25,854 nucleotides of DNA from a virus (Duplodnaviria > Caudoviricetes): the IMG/VR virus record IMGVR_UViG_3300025848_000171, positions 1 through 25,854 of that record; one strand, given 5' to 3'. The notes beneath the pieces were generated by a model that saw only the letters and a list, made by a program, of their open reading frames with translations, was not told where the DNA came from and searched no databases. This document shows positions 12,561-21,239 of the stretch, in pieces (positions within the stretch are counted from its first letter, which is position 1; every line of letters begins with the position of its first letter). The translations under genes and the position numbers were made by a program.

Positions 12561-14890
12561 ACGACCGCAAGTGGCGAGGGGACAACGAGAAGATCCGGCG
12601 CAAGAAGCGGCAGGCCCTCAATGCGCTCCTCGTCAACATTGCGGACAGTCTCTCCGAGCAGGAACGCGAGTCCATCGCCCAGGTCTGCCTTGAGGACTTC
12701 AGGTCGGACATGGAGAGCCGGTCGGAATGGGATGCCATGCATGCCGACTGGGTTGCGGTCTACAACCAGCAGGACGCGCCGATCAACCGCCCGTGGCCCA
12801 ACTCCTCGGACGAGAGCCTTGGCCTGCTGACGGAGGCTTGCAACAGCTTCCAGAGCCGCGCCTACAAGGCATTCTTCGCGAGCCGGATGCCGGTCGCCGC
12901 GATCTCGACCAACCCCTCCGTGCCGGGTTCTTCCGAGCGTGCCAAGCGGGTCAGCCAGTTCCTCCAATGGTCCCTGTTCTTCAAGGACCAGACCTACAAG
13001 GAGGACAAGTCGGCCATGCTGCTGCGGGTTGCGGTGCATGGGTCGGACTTCACGAAGACGTACTTCGACCCGGTGATGAACAAGATCGTCACCCGCGCCG
13101 TCCGCGCCGAAGACCTCTACGTCCCGTACCACATCGGGCCGATCAACATCGAGGATGTACATCGAAAGACCGAGTTGATTCACATCAACCTCAACGAGGG
13201 CCGCATCCGCGCCTCGGAGGGCTACTTCCTATCCCCGCCCGAGCCGATGATGATCGGGCAGTTGTCGTCGCCCATCCAGGAGCAGAACGACAGGGACAAC
13301 GGCATCCACGCCTCTGCCACGCAGAGCGAGGACATGGCCCAGATCATCGAACAGCATTGCCATCTCGACCTTGACGGGGACGGGATCGCGGAGCCGTACA
13401 AGATCTGGATCGACGTTACCTCCGAGAAGCTGCTCCGCATCGAAGTGCGGTACGAGGTTGACCAGACCGGGCGTCCGCTCAACGGTCGCCTGCCCATCGA
13501 GGAATACACGCACTACCGCTTCCTTGTGAACCCGGACGGCTTCTACGGCTACGGGCTTGGCTTCCTGCTGGGCAAGACGAACATTGCGGTCAACAAGCTC
13601 CTGCGCCAGTTCATCGACGCGACCACGCTGTCGATCCACGGCAACATGAGCGGGTTCATCTCGGAGGCCCTGAACATCAGCAAGGGGCCGGTGAAGATCG
13701 AACTCGGCAGCCTGAAGACGGTCTCGGCCAGCACGGACGACATCCAGAAGGGCATCAAGACGTTGTCCTTCCCCGCCCCGCCGCCCACCCTCATGCAGGC
13801 CATTGCCCAGCTTGAGACGCGCGCCCAGCGCATCGGCGCGACCACGGACGCCGCTGCGGGCGACATCAACAAGGTCTTCCAGCCCACGACCATGCAGACG
13901 ATGGTCGAGCAGTCGCTGGTGATGTTCACCTCGGTGCAGGAGTTCCTGCTGCACTCTTGGTCGAAGGAACTGAACAAGATCTATCGCCTCCACGGGATCT
14001 ACTTCCGTGGAATCGAGAGCTTCATCTCGGTCAGCCCGGAGGGGCCGGAGGAGATGGTGGTCAGCGATCAGGACTTCATGGACGACATGCTCATCATGCC
14101 CGTGGCTGATCCCCGCATGATGAACCAGCAGAGTCGCCTCCAGAAGGCCCAGTTCCTGTTCGACTTCGCCACGAAGAACCCCCTTGTCGCCAACAACCCT
14201 GAAGTCCTGCTCGCGGTGTCGAGGAGGCTGCTAGAGGAGATGGAAATTGACGGGATTGACAGCATTCTTCCGCGATCTGTGGATCAACTACCGGAGCCTG
14301 CGCCGGATCCGAAGGCCATGGCTGAGCAGGCGAAGGTCCAGGTCGAGCAGCAGAAGCTCCAGCTAGAGGCGCAGTCGGCGCAGCAGCAGTTGCAGATCGA
14401 AGCGCAGAAGATGCAAGTCGATCAGCAGATGAAGCAGGCGCAGATGGTCGGGGACCAGCAGCTTCAGCAGCTTCGCATCGAAAACGAGCGGATGTTGCAG
14501 GAGATGCGAATCCAGAACGAGGCCGAGATCGCGCGCATGAAGCAGGAATACGAGAACGTGCGCGTCCAGCAGGAGCTTGCCGCCAAGCAGTCCATGGAGG
14601 CCCAGAAGGCCAAGATGGAGGCTGACACGAAGATCATGGTGGCGCGCATTGGTGCTGCCGGTGCTGATGTTCCCGAGATCGAAGCGGTCAAGCCTGTTGC
14701 ACAGCAAATGGGCGAGGATGTGCGCTACATGATCCAGCAGATGGACGCCCAGAACGCTGCCCGCGACCAGCGCATGATGCAGATGATCCAGTCCCTCATG
14801 CAGTCCATGGGCGCGCCGCGAAGGATCATTCGTGGTGCCGATGGCAGGGCAGAGGGCGTCGAGGTCGTACCCGGAGGGATGATGCAATGA
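12557..14890 (+). CDS. Portal protein (P22-like, with a Gln/Glu-rich C-terminal coiled coil)
   Basis: 777 aa located after terminase; PWPNSS, KTYFD, DLDGDGIAEPY, FYGYGLG motifs; long Q-rich helical tail. Confidence 0.85.
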   Translation: MNDRKWRGDNEKIRRKKRQALNALLVNIADSLSEQERESIAQVCLEDFRSDMESRSEWDAMHADWVAVYNQQDAPINRPWPNSSDESLGLLTEACNSFQSRAYKAFFASRMPVAAISTNPSVPGSSERAKRVSQFLQWSLFFKDQTYKEDKSAMLLRVAVHGSDFTKTYFDPVMNKIVTRAVRAEDLYVPYHIGPINIEDVHRKTELIHINLNEGRIRASEGYFLSPPEPMMIGQLSSPIQEQNDRDNGIHASATQSEDMAQIIEQHCHLDLDGDGIAEPYKIWIDVTSEKLLRIEVRYEVDQTGRPLNGRLPIEEYTHYRFLVNPDGFYGYGLGFLLGKTNIAVNKLLRQFIDATTLSIHGNMSGFISEALNISKGPVKIELGSLKTVSASTDDIQKGIKTLSFPAPPPTLMQAIAQLETRAQRIGATTDAAAGDINKVFQPTTMQTMVEQSLVMFTSVQEFLLHSWSKELNKIYRLHGIYFRGIESFISVSPEGPEEMVVSDQDFMDDMLIMPVADPRMMNQQSRLQKAQFLFDFATKNPLVANNPEVLLAVSRRLLEEMEIDGIDSILPRSVDQLPEPAPDPKAMAEQAKVQVEQQKLQLEAQSAQQQLQIEAQKMQVDQQMKQAQMVGDQQLQQLRIENERMLQEMRIQNEAEIARMKQEYENVRVQQELAAKQSMEAQKAKMEADTKIMVARIGAAGADVPEIEAVKPVAQQMGEDVRYMIQQMDAQNAARDQRMMQMIQSLMQSMGAPRRIIRGADGRAEGVEVVPGGMMQ

Positions 14891-15189
14891 AGCAGCCAGC
14901 GATGGAGTGGCGACCGGCAATGGATTGCTGGTTGCTCAGGACGGAGCAGCCCCTTGCTGAGCGTCATGTGCGCGCTTGCAAGGACTTCATGTTGAAGATC
15001 CAGGCGGGACGGCGCATCGGGCTGATGCCGGGCGACATCCGCGACGATCTGGATGCAAGCGTCCGCGCACTCAACGAGAACCGCATCCAGCAATGGGCTG
15101 CTGGCCCGAGCATGGACGGGCGCGGGGAGATCACGGTGTTCGGCGCGACGCAGGGCACCGGCAAGACAATCATCGACATGGGAGCCTGA
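14887..15189 (+). CDS. Hypothetical protein
   Basis: ATGA coupling to the portal gene; 100 aa. Confidence 0.65.
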   Translation: MKQPAMEWRPAMDCWLLRTEQPLAERHVRACKDFMLKIQAGRRIGLMPGDIRDDLDASVRALNENRIQQWAAGPSMDGRGEITVFGATQGTGKTIIDMGA

Positions 15190-15190
15190 C

Positions 15191-15712
15191 ATGGCAGCTA
15201 CTTGGCGAGCGACCTCTGGTGCGGTGGCGTATGCCAACGCGAAGGACATGCTCAACGTCTTCAACGGCACAGCATCGGCGCGCATCATCCGTGCCTACAG
15301 GGCGTATTGGTTCAACAACGGCACCGCAGCGGTGACCGGCGTGATCACGACCGCCCAATGCCGCCGCATCACGGCAGCGTCCGCTGGCACCGCTGTGACG
15401 CCCGTGAAGCACGACACCAGCTCGTCGGCGCTTGACGCCGCCACGACCTGTGGCACCAACCAGACGGTCACCGGCAGCGACATCTTCCGCCGCTTCCTCT
15501 TTGTGAACGAGGAGCCGGTGGTGGCTGGCACGACGCAGGCGAACTGGCTGACGCTGATTCCGTTCGCGGAAGTCTGGAACGCTGGCTACAGCGACACGAA
15601 CGTCGAGCCAATCGTCTGCCGCGCGACGCAGGGGTTTGAGTTGTTCCACTCGGGATCGTCCGCAGTTGGCACCGCCGATCTCGAAATCGAGTTCACCGAT
15701 TCTGCGACGTAA
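15191..15712 (+). CDS. Putative virion structural protein (Thr/Ala-rich, beta-rich)
   Basis: GGAG precedes ATG 15191; paralogous motifs shared with 15888..17129. Confidence 0.65.
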   Translation: MAATWRATSGAVAYANAKDMLNVFNGTASARIIRAYRAYWFNNGTAAVTGVITTAQCRRITAASAGTAVTPVKHDTSSSALDAATTCGTNQTVTGSDIFRRFLFVNEEPVVAGTTQANWLTLIPFAEVWNAGYSDTNVEPIVCRATQGFELFHSGSSAVGTADLEIEFTDSAT

Positions 15713-15715
15713 GCC

Positions 15716-15895
15716 ATGAAGACGCTGCGCCACAAGGCTTGCTTGCATGAGTGGGAGGTGGAGGAGTCCTTCGCCTCCCGCGTGGAGAACGACATCAACG
15801 GGGGGCTTGGCCCGGCGTCGCCTCCCATCGTCTGCCCTGGGTGCAAGGTGCCGTCGCGCTACAGCGAATTCGTCGTCGTGACGCCCGATGCCTGA
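15716..15895 (+). CDS. 59-aa zinc-ribbon-like protein (HKAC...CPGC)
   Basis: Translated by hand: MKTLRHKACLHEWEV...IVCPGCKVPSRY...; fills the gap between its neighbours. Confidence 0.65.
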   Translation: MKTLRHKACLHEWEVEESFASRVENDINGGLGPASPPIVCPGCKVPSRYSEFVVVTPDA

Positions 15896-17129
15896 GACCT
15901 TCCTCGTTTACCAACGTGCAGTCGATGTGCGACCGCTTGAGGATGGGATATTCGCCCTCTTCAATGACGAGGCATCTGACTCGCGCCGGTACTACGAGTT
16001 GGTCAATCTCAGGCTTTCGCCCGTCGCCCCAACAAGCAACGTGCAGTTCGGCTCGGGTCGCGCGGGCGCTCTTGCCCTCTTTCGCACCACGGCGAGCAGC
16101 GGCGGCGATGCAGTCTCGCCCATCAAGCACGACACCGCATCCGCCAGCCTGCCCTCCCAGGTGACGTTCACGACCAACCCCGACAGCGTCACGACCTCGG
16201 GCATCGCCCTCAAGCGCATGGCTGACGCACCGACGTACTTCGCGGCCATCGGCGGCACTAGCCTTTCGTCGCGTCAGTTCAGCAGCGGATTGGCAACGTG
16301 GAAGCACGACGCATTCGCGACGCTTGGCGACTTCGGCGCGAGTGTTGATGTGGAGCCAATCGTCCTCCGCGAGGGGCAGGGCGTGGCGGTTACGCAGACC
16401 GAGTACGGCGTTCCGCACAGCATGATCGTGGCGATGTTCGTTACCAACACCGCGACGGGCGCGACCTACACCTACCGCAGCGTGGACGTTGCCACCGATG
16501 CTGTCATAGACGGCCCCCTTGTCAGCCTGTTCAACGCTTCTGGCAGCGGCGTCGTGCTGGCTGTGCGCGTAGCGTTCATCCCGCTGGACGGAGAGACCAA
16601 CGCCACCACCTCGCTCTCCCTCACCGTGCCAGCCATCAACCTTCGCATCGCGCGCATCTTTGGCCTCGACACCTCGGCTGACGCGGCGACGATCATCAAG
16701 CCCGACAGCAGCGTGGCGACGCCATCGTCCATGCGCGCCGTCGTCGGCCCGTTCCGTTCGCGCCTTGAGGGATCGTGGCAATGGGATTGGCCGTATACGC
16801 ATGGCGCAACGATTAGCGTACTTCAGCAGCAGAACGCTGGCGTGTTCCGGCGCAACCCGGCGATGAAGGTGTTCGGTGCCATCGGGCAGTCGCTCAACGG
16901 CATCCAGCTTGACGGGCTCGCTGACATCGACATCTTCGCCGCCGAGCCGGGCAGCGGGATCATCGTGCGGCCAGGAGAGGGCGTGGGCTTGCTTGCCGGG
17001 ACCGCTGGGCTTCTGTCCAGCAGCACCTTCATCAACTACAACATCGAAGCCACGATCCTCCACTACCCGCCGCCCTCTGCCCCGGCTGGCGGAAACACCT
17101 ACTCCCGCTCTCGCGTTGTGAACAGGTGA
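15888..17129 (+). CDS. Putative virion structural protein, two-domain paralog of 15191..15712
   Basis: AVSPIKHDTASASL and VEPIVLREGQG versus AVTPVKHDTSSSAL and VEPIVCRATQG. Confidence 0.7.
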   Translation: MPETFLVYQRAVDVRPLEDGIFALFNDEASDSRRYYELVNLRLSPVAPTSNVQFGSGRAGALALFRTTASSGGDAVSPIKHDTASASLPSQVTFTTNPDSVTTSGIALKRMADAPTYFAAIGGTSLSSRQFSSGLATWKHDAFATLGDFGASVDVEPIVLREGQGVAVTQTEYGVPHSMIVAMFVTNTATGATYTYRSVDVATDAVIDGPLVSLFNASGSGVVLAVRVAFIPLDGETNATTSLSLTVPAINLRIARIFGLDTSADAATIIKPDSSVATPSSMRAVVGPFRSRLEGSWQWDWPYTHGATISVLQQQNAGVFRRNPAMKVFGAIGQSLNGIQLDGLADIDIFAAEPGSGIIVRPGEGVGLLAGTAGLLSSSTFINYNIEATILHYPPPSAPAGGNTYSRSRVVNR

Positions 17130-17133
17130 TGCC

Positions 17134-17676
17134 ATGCTGAAGCAGTCCACGGCGCGCAACCTCATGGTGCTGATGACCGACAGCACCGATCACATCACCG
17201 GCAAGACCGGCCTCACGCTCACGATCTCGGCAAGCAAGAACGGTGCGGCCTTCGCGTCGATCACCCCGACCGTGACCGAGCGTGGCGACGGCTGGTACTC
17301 GCTGGCCCTGACCACGTCGCACACGGACACGCTGGGCGACTTCGTCCTCCATGTCACGGCCTCGGGCGCGGACCCGACCGATGTGCGCGAGGAGGTCTTC
17401 GCGGCCCTCCCCGGCGACAGCGTCACGGTCTCGTCGCTGGCATCCGATGTCATAACGGCTGCGTCCATCGCTGCCGATGCGGTGACAGAGATCCAGAGCG
17501 GCCTCGCCACGGCCTCCGATCTCACCACGACCGACACCAAGGTCACGGCAATCAAGGCCAAGACCGACTCGCTTGCCTTCACGGTAGCGGGTCAGGTGGA
17601 CGCCAACATCCAGTACGTCAACGACATTCAGGTCAAGGGCACCGGCACCACCGCTGATCCTTGGAACCCCGTGTGA
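17134..17676 (+). CDS. Putative virion structural protein
   Basis: Ig-like N-terminus (GKTGLTLTISASKNG..GWYSLALT..TDTLG) and ITAASIAADAVTEIQ, as seen in phage appendage proteins. Confidence 0.65.
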   Translation: MLKQSTARNLMVLMTDSTDHITGKTGLTLTISASKNGAAFASITPTVTERGDGWYSLALTTSHTDTLGDFVLHVTASGADPTDVREEVFAALPGDSVTVSSLASDVITAASIAADAVTEIQSGLATASDLTTTDTKVTAIKAKTDSLAFTVAGQVDANIQYVNDIQVKGTGTTADPWNPV

Positions 17677-18134
17677 TGTTCGTCTCTTGGGGCGACTCAT
17701 GGGGCATTTCATGGTCGGATTCGTGGGGCTACGGTGCTGTCCCGCCTGTCCAGACCGGCCCGTCCGTACCTCAGAAGTTCCAGCGGTGGGCGTCCTACCA
17801 GAAGATTCCGGGATCGTTCATCCGTCAGGTCTCGCCCGGCGTCTACCTCCGCGTCACGCCAGAGAACCTTGACCCACAAGTGGTGGTCAACGAAGAGGTC
17901 ATCGCTCCCGCCGCCACGATCAGCACCAACATCCTCGCCAGGCAGATCCTTGGCGACCGTGCCGTCAGGAAGATCCGCAAGGAACTGAGGCGGGTCAACG
18001 AACTGGAAACCCGCCTTGCCGAGCAGGAGCGCCTGTCCCGAGCCGTCAACGCCAAGCTGCGCGCGACGCTGGACAGGGAGATTGCCCTTCGCGAGGATGA
18101 CGAGGATGTCGTCTTCCTCCTTCTCAACTCATAG
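17676..18134 (+). CDS. Hypothetical protein with an N-terminal SWGxSW repeat
   Basis: TGATG overlap; MFVSWGDSWGISWSDSWG; C-terminal coiled coil ending EDDEDVVFLLL. Confidence 0.65.
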   Translation: MFVSWGDSWGISWSDSWGYGAVPPVQTGPSVPQKFQRWASYQKIPGSFIRQVSPGVYLRVTPENLDPQVVVNEEVIAPAATISTNILARQILGDRAVRKIRKELRRVNELETRLAEQERLSRAVNAKLRATLDREIALREDDEDVVFLLLNS

Positions 18135-18143
18135 GAGTGACTG

Positions 18144-18392
18144 ATGCCGAAGACCCCCGCATGGCAGCGAAAGGCCGGGCAGAACCCAAAGGGCGGCCTC
18201 AACGCTAGGGGCCGGGCCAGCTACAAGGCCGCAACGGGGGGGACGCTCAAGCCCCCGCAGCCGGAAGGCGGCCCACGCAAGAGGTCATTCTGTGCCCGAA
18301 TGACGGGCATGAAGAAGAAGCTCACCTCGGCCAAGACGGCCAACGACCCCAACTCCCGCATCAACAAGTCCCTCCGTGCATGGAAGTGCTGA
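18144..18392 (+). CDS. Small basic phage protein (DUF6321-like)
   Basis: PAWQRKAG.NPKGGLN..GRAS...SFCARM...DPNSRINKSLRAWKC; AGGAG Shine-Dalgarno. The family name is from recall. Confidence 0.75.
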   Translation: MPKTPAWQRKAGQNPKGGLNARGRASYKAATGGTLKPPQPEGGPRKRSFCARMTGMKKKLTSAKTANDPNSRINKSLRAWKC

Positions 18393-18393
18393 C

Positions 18394-18555
18394 ATGAAGA
18401 AGCCCATCTGGGACCGCGCCCGCCCGAAGTCCCTTGGCAAGCCCAAGGCCCTGTCCCCGGCGCAGAAGGCATCCGCCAAGGCGGCAGCCAAGAAGGCTGG
18501 GCGACCCTACCCCAACCTCGTTGACAACATGAGGGCGGCGAGGAAGAAGCGATGA
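18394..18555 (+). CDS. 53-aa highly basic protein (...GRPYPNLVDNM...)
   Basis: Translated by hand; coupled to both neighbours. Confidence 0.7.
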   Translation: MKKPIWDRARPKSLGKPKALSPAQKASAKAAAKKAGRPYPNLVDNMRAARKKR

Positions 18556-18758
18556 TCCATCGCCTCGACCCGGATGAGGTGGAGAACTGGCGTCGCCACC
18601 CGGTGACACAGTACCTCGTCCAGGAGATCCGCAAGCAGAACGTCCACCACCGCTACCGCATGGCGCAGGACTTGCTGGCGATGGGCCGCGCGCAGGGCTT
18701 TGACGAGGCCCTTCAACTCGTAGGGAGGTTGCTTGATTCCCCCGGAATCATAGAGTGA
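18552..18758 (+). CDS. Hypothetical protein (68 aa)
   Basis: ATGA coupling; W..HPVT motif. Confidence 0.65.
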   Translation: MIHRLDPDEVENWRRHPVTQYLVQEIRKQNVHHRYRMAQDLLAMGRAQGFDEALQLVGRLLDSPGIIE

Positions 18759-18777
18759 CCGCAAAACGGAGAGCCGC

Positions 18778-19800
18778 ATGATCCGCCGCCAGAACCGCAT
18801 GAAGACCTCGCCCGGGGCCGCCGCCATGGAGATCCTCCGCAAGCAGGGTCGCAATGGGGACACCGAGCTTGCCCATGTGAACCCGCGCGAGAAGGCTCTC
18901 CTGAAGGCCCTTGGCGGCGCTGGTAGCCGCAACCCCCGCACGGGCCTGCGCGAGTATTACGACGAGGGCGGTGGTATGTCGTCGGAGGGCGCTGGTGCCC
19001 CATCGTCCACGGGGATGTCGGGCGAGAGTGCTGGAGAGGGAACCAACGATCTTGGGCTTGGCGACGATTCGGTAATGTCTGGCAGCGACATGGAGAATCA
19101 GGCTCTAAATCTTGGTCCCGCACCACCTACTGTTGCTTCTCCAGTCGAGGACCGTGGTCCGATTGGCCGCGCGCTTGATAGCGTATTCGGACTTGGGCCA
19201 GACAGCAGGCCCATGGGCGGGGCGTTCACCGACCCCAACAACCCATACGACTTCACCCTGATGGACGCATTCAGCCCGACAAGCACCGCCATGCGTGGCC
19301 TTGCATATGGGATTGGTCGTGGCCTGACGGCACTTGGCGTGCCAGAGGGGCCAACTGGAAGCCCAATCAGCAACATGGCTGCCTTTGAGGGTGGTCCGTC
19401 CGGGATGCCCGGCAACCTCGGCACCGGCCTTGGCGAGATGCGGAACGAGGCGTTCGTCCCGGTCGCCAACCCCACGCCCCGCTACCTCCGTGGCGGCGAG
19501 ATGGCCCCGCCGCAGGAGATCAGTTCCTTCATCGGCCCCGGCATGAGCGACATCCAGCAGCGTGCGCTCATCTCCACCTACGGGACGCAGGGCGTGAACT
19601 CCGCTTTCCGTACCGATCCGGTACGCCGGTACTACGCCAACCTCCTCTCGCGGGGACTGATCTCGGACGCTGGCGCTCCCGTGCAGAATCCCTATGTTCT
19701 TCCCATCGAACAGCAGTATGCTTCTTCCGTTCTCGGTCGCCCATTCGCCAATCCGGCTGATGCAGCGGCAACCTACGAGTCCATCAGAGGGTTCCTGTAA
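18778..19800 (+). CDS. Hypothetical Gly/Ser/Pro-rich protein, possibly an internal virion protein
   Basis: GRNGDTELAHVNPREKALLKALGGAGSRNPRTGLREY motif recalled from podovirus-like genomes; low-complexity middle. Confidence 0.65.
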   Translation: MIRRQNRMKTSPGAAAMEILRKQGRNGDTELAHVNPREKALLKALGGAGSRNPRTGLREYYDEGGGMSSEGAGAPSSTGMSGESAGEGTNDLGLGDDSVMSGSDMENQALNLGPAPPTVASPVEDRGPIGRALDSVFGLGPDSRPMGGAFTDPNNPYDFTLMDAFSPTSTAMRGLAYGIGRGLTALGVPEGPTGSPISNMAAFEGGPSGMPGNLGTGLGEMRNEAFVPVANPTPRYLRGGEMAPPQEISSFIGPGMSDIQQRALISTYGTQGVNSAFRTDPVRRYYANLLSRGLISDAGAPVQNPYVLPIEQQYASSVLGRPFANPADAAATYESIRGFL

Positions 19801-19813
19801 GGGGGTGATCCAG

Positions 19814-19852
19814 ATGAAGAAGAAGCCGAAAAAGGGTGGTCGCGGCTGCTGA
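19814..19852 (+). CDS. 12-aa basic micro-peptide MKKKPKKGGRGC
   Basis: Strong Shine-Dalgarno-like AAGGGGGTGA upstream of the ATG. Confidence 0.4.
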   Translation: MKKKPKKGGRGC

Positions 19853-19877
19853 TCAGCCTGCCAGTCGTGAGCACCCT

Positions 19878-19917
19878 GGAAGGGGGGATCCGTCCCCCTC
19901 CTCTGATCCCCCCTTCC
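19878..19917. repeat. Perfect 13-bp inverted repeat GGAAGGGGGGATC-N14-GATCCCCCCTTCC
   Basis: Read directly from the sequence; no U-tract follows. Confidence 0.85.
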
Positions 19918-19938
19918 GCCTCCCTGCCGATCCGCTAG

Positions 19939-19970
19939 TTTCCTCTCGGGCATTCCGCCCAAAGAGGAAA
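19939..19970 (+). promoter_or_regulatory. Hairpin occluding the ribosome-binding site of the GroES-like gene
   Basis: TTTCCTCT (19939-19946) pairs with AGAGGAAA (19963-19970) around GGGC-ATTCC-GCCC. Confidence 0.55.
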
Positions 19971-19972
19971 GC

Positions 19973-20290
19973 ATGAGCAAGAAACTACGACCCCTCTTCG
20001 CGAGGGTTGTCGTCCGTGCAGAGACGCTACAGGCGTCCATCGGCACCAAGTACTCGGCCCTGAACAAGATGGGTTTCGAGATCCCCAAGACCGTCGAAGA
20101 CAAGATGATCCCCGACGAGGGCGTAGTCGTCTCCGTGGGCGAAGCCTGCGAGGTGATGAAGGCCGGTGACAGGGTTCTCTTTGGCAAGTGGGCGGCCAAG
20201 CCCATCGCCTTTGAGCCGGGCCTGTACGTCATGCAGGAGGAAGACATCATCGGTGTCATCGAGGATGACGCCAAGGCTGTCGCCGCATGA
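19973..20290 (+). CDS. groES: GroES/Cpn10-like co-chaperonin
   Basis: LRPLFARVVVR, EGVVVSVG, KAGDRVLFGKWA, MQEEDIIGVIE. Confidence 0.85.
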   Translation: MSKKLRPLFARVVVRAETLQASIGTKYSALNKMGFEIPKTVEDKMIPDEGVVVSVGEACEVMKAGDRVLFGKWAAKPIAFEPGLYVMQEEDIIGVIEDDAKAVAA

Positions 20291-21237
20291 CCGAGAGGAT
20301 CGGAAGCCGCGTGGAGGTGTCGGATGACGATGTTCCTGTCGCGCCTGCGAAAGCTCCTGTCGCGAAGCCCGAAGCCGCAGCCCCCAAGGCCGCGCCGAAA
20401 GCTGTCGATCAGGAACCCGAAGAGAAGGGAACGGATTGGGTCGAGATCGAAGACCCCAAGCTGAAGGCCCGCTTCAATCGCCTGTACCGCCACACCAAGG
20501 AGGCGAACGAGCGAGCGGAGAAGACCGAGCGCCAGATCTCCCTGCTTGCCGAGCAGAACACCAAGCTCCAGAAGGCCCTTGAGACCATCGCCGGGGGCAT
20601 GCGGGACAAGGAGATGCAGGCCGAATTGGCGACCATCAAGAAGAACATGAAGGAGTCAATGGCGGTCGGCGACGTTGAGGCCTTTGCGGAGGCCAACGAG
20701 CGGCTTCTGGAGATGAAGCAGGAGGCAAGGGAAAAGGAAATGGAGCTTAAGAAGAGCGAGGAAGTCGCCTCTCAAGCCCCACCTCCAATTTCCTCAATTG
20801 AGCAGCAAATCCTCTCGGCATGGCAGAAGCAGACTGGTGAGGATGGAAGGCCACTTCGGCCCTGGGTCAATCCTGAGCACCCAAAGTTCAACGAGTCAAA
20901 GGCAATCATCATTGAGGTTGCCAACGAGTACCCAGATGCTCCACTCCGGGAAATCCTGAGCGAGGCTGATGTCAGAATCAGGCAGAAGCTAAGTCCGCAG
21001 GACGATGACGAGGACGAGGACCAGCCCAACCCGGTTCGCCGGGCGTTTGCCTCGCCCCGTGGCCGACCGGCTCCACAGGAGCGCGAGCGCACTTCGCTCA
21101 GCACTCAGGAGCGAGTCATCGCAGAGGCGATGTTCATGGGTGGGCGCGGTTCGCTCGCCAAGACCAGCAAGGAAGCACACGAACTCTACCTCAAGCAGAA
21201 GAAGGCTATGGGTAGGGTCGTTGCGGTGGAGGATTGA
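20287..21237 (+). CDS. Probable capsid scaffolding protein
   Basis: Charged coiled-coil protein upstream of the capsid genes; C-terminal SLSTQERVIA helix. Confidence 0.6.
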   Translation: MTERIGSRVEVSDDDVPVAPAKAPVAKPEAAAPKAAPKAVDQEPEEKGTDWVEIEDPKLKARFNRLYRHTKEANERAEKTERQISLLAEQNTKLQKALETIAGGMRDKEMQAELATIKKNMKESMAVGDVEAFAEANERLLEMKQEAREKEMELKKSEEVASQAPPPISSIEQQILSAWQKQTGEDGRPLRPWVNPEHPKFNESKAIIIEVANEYPDAPLREILSEADVRIRQKLSPQDDDEDEDQPNPVRRAFASPRGRPAPQERERTSLSTQERVIAEAMFMGGRGSLAKTSKEAHELYLKQKKAMGRVVAVED

Positions 21238-21239
21238 CC

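Noticed and set aside
14320-14820. CAG-rich repeat in the portal gene
   Set aside because: It reflects the Gln-rich coiled-coil tail expected of P22-like portals and is not an independent DNA repeat.
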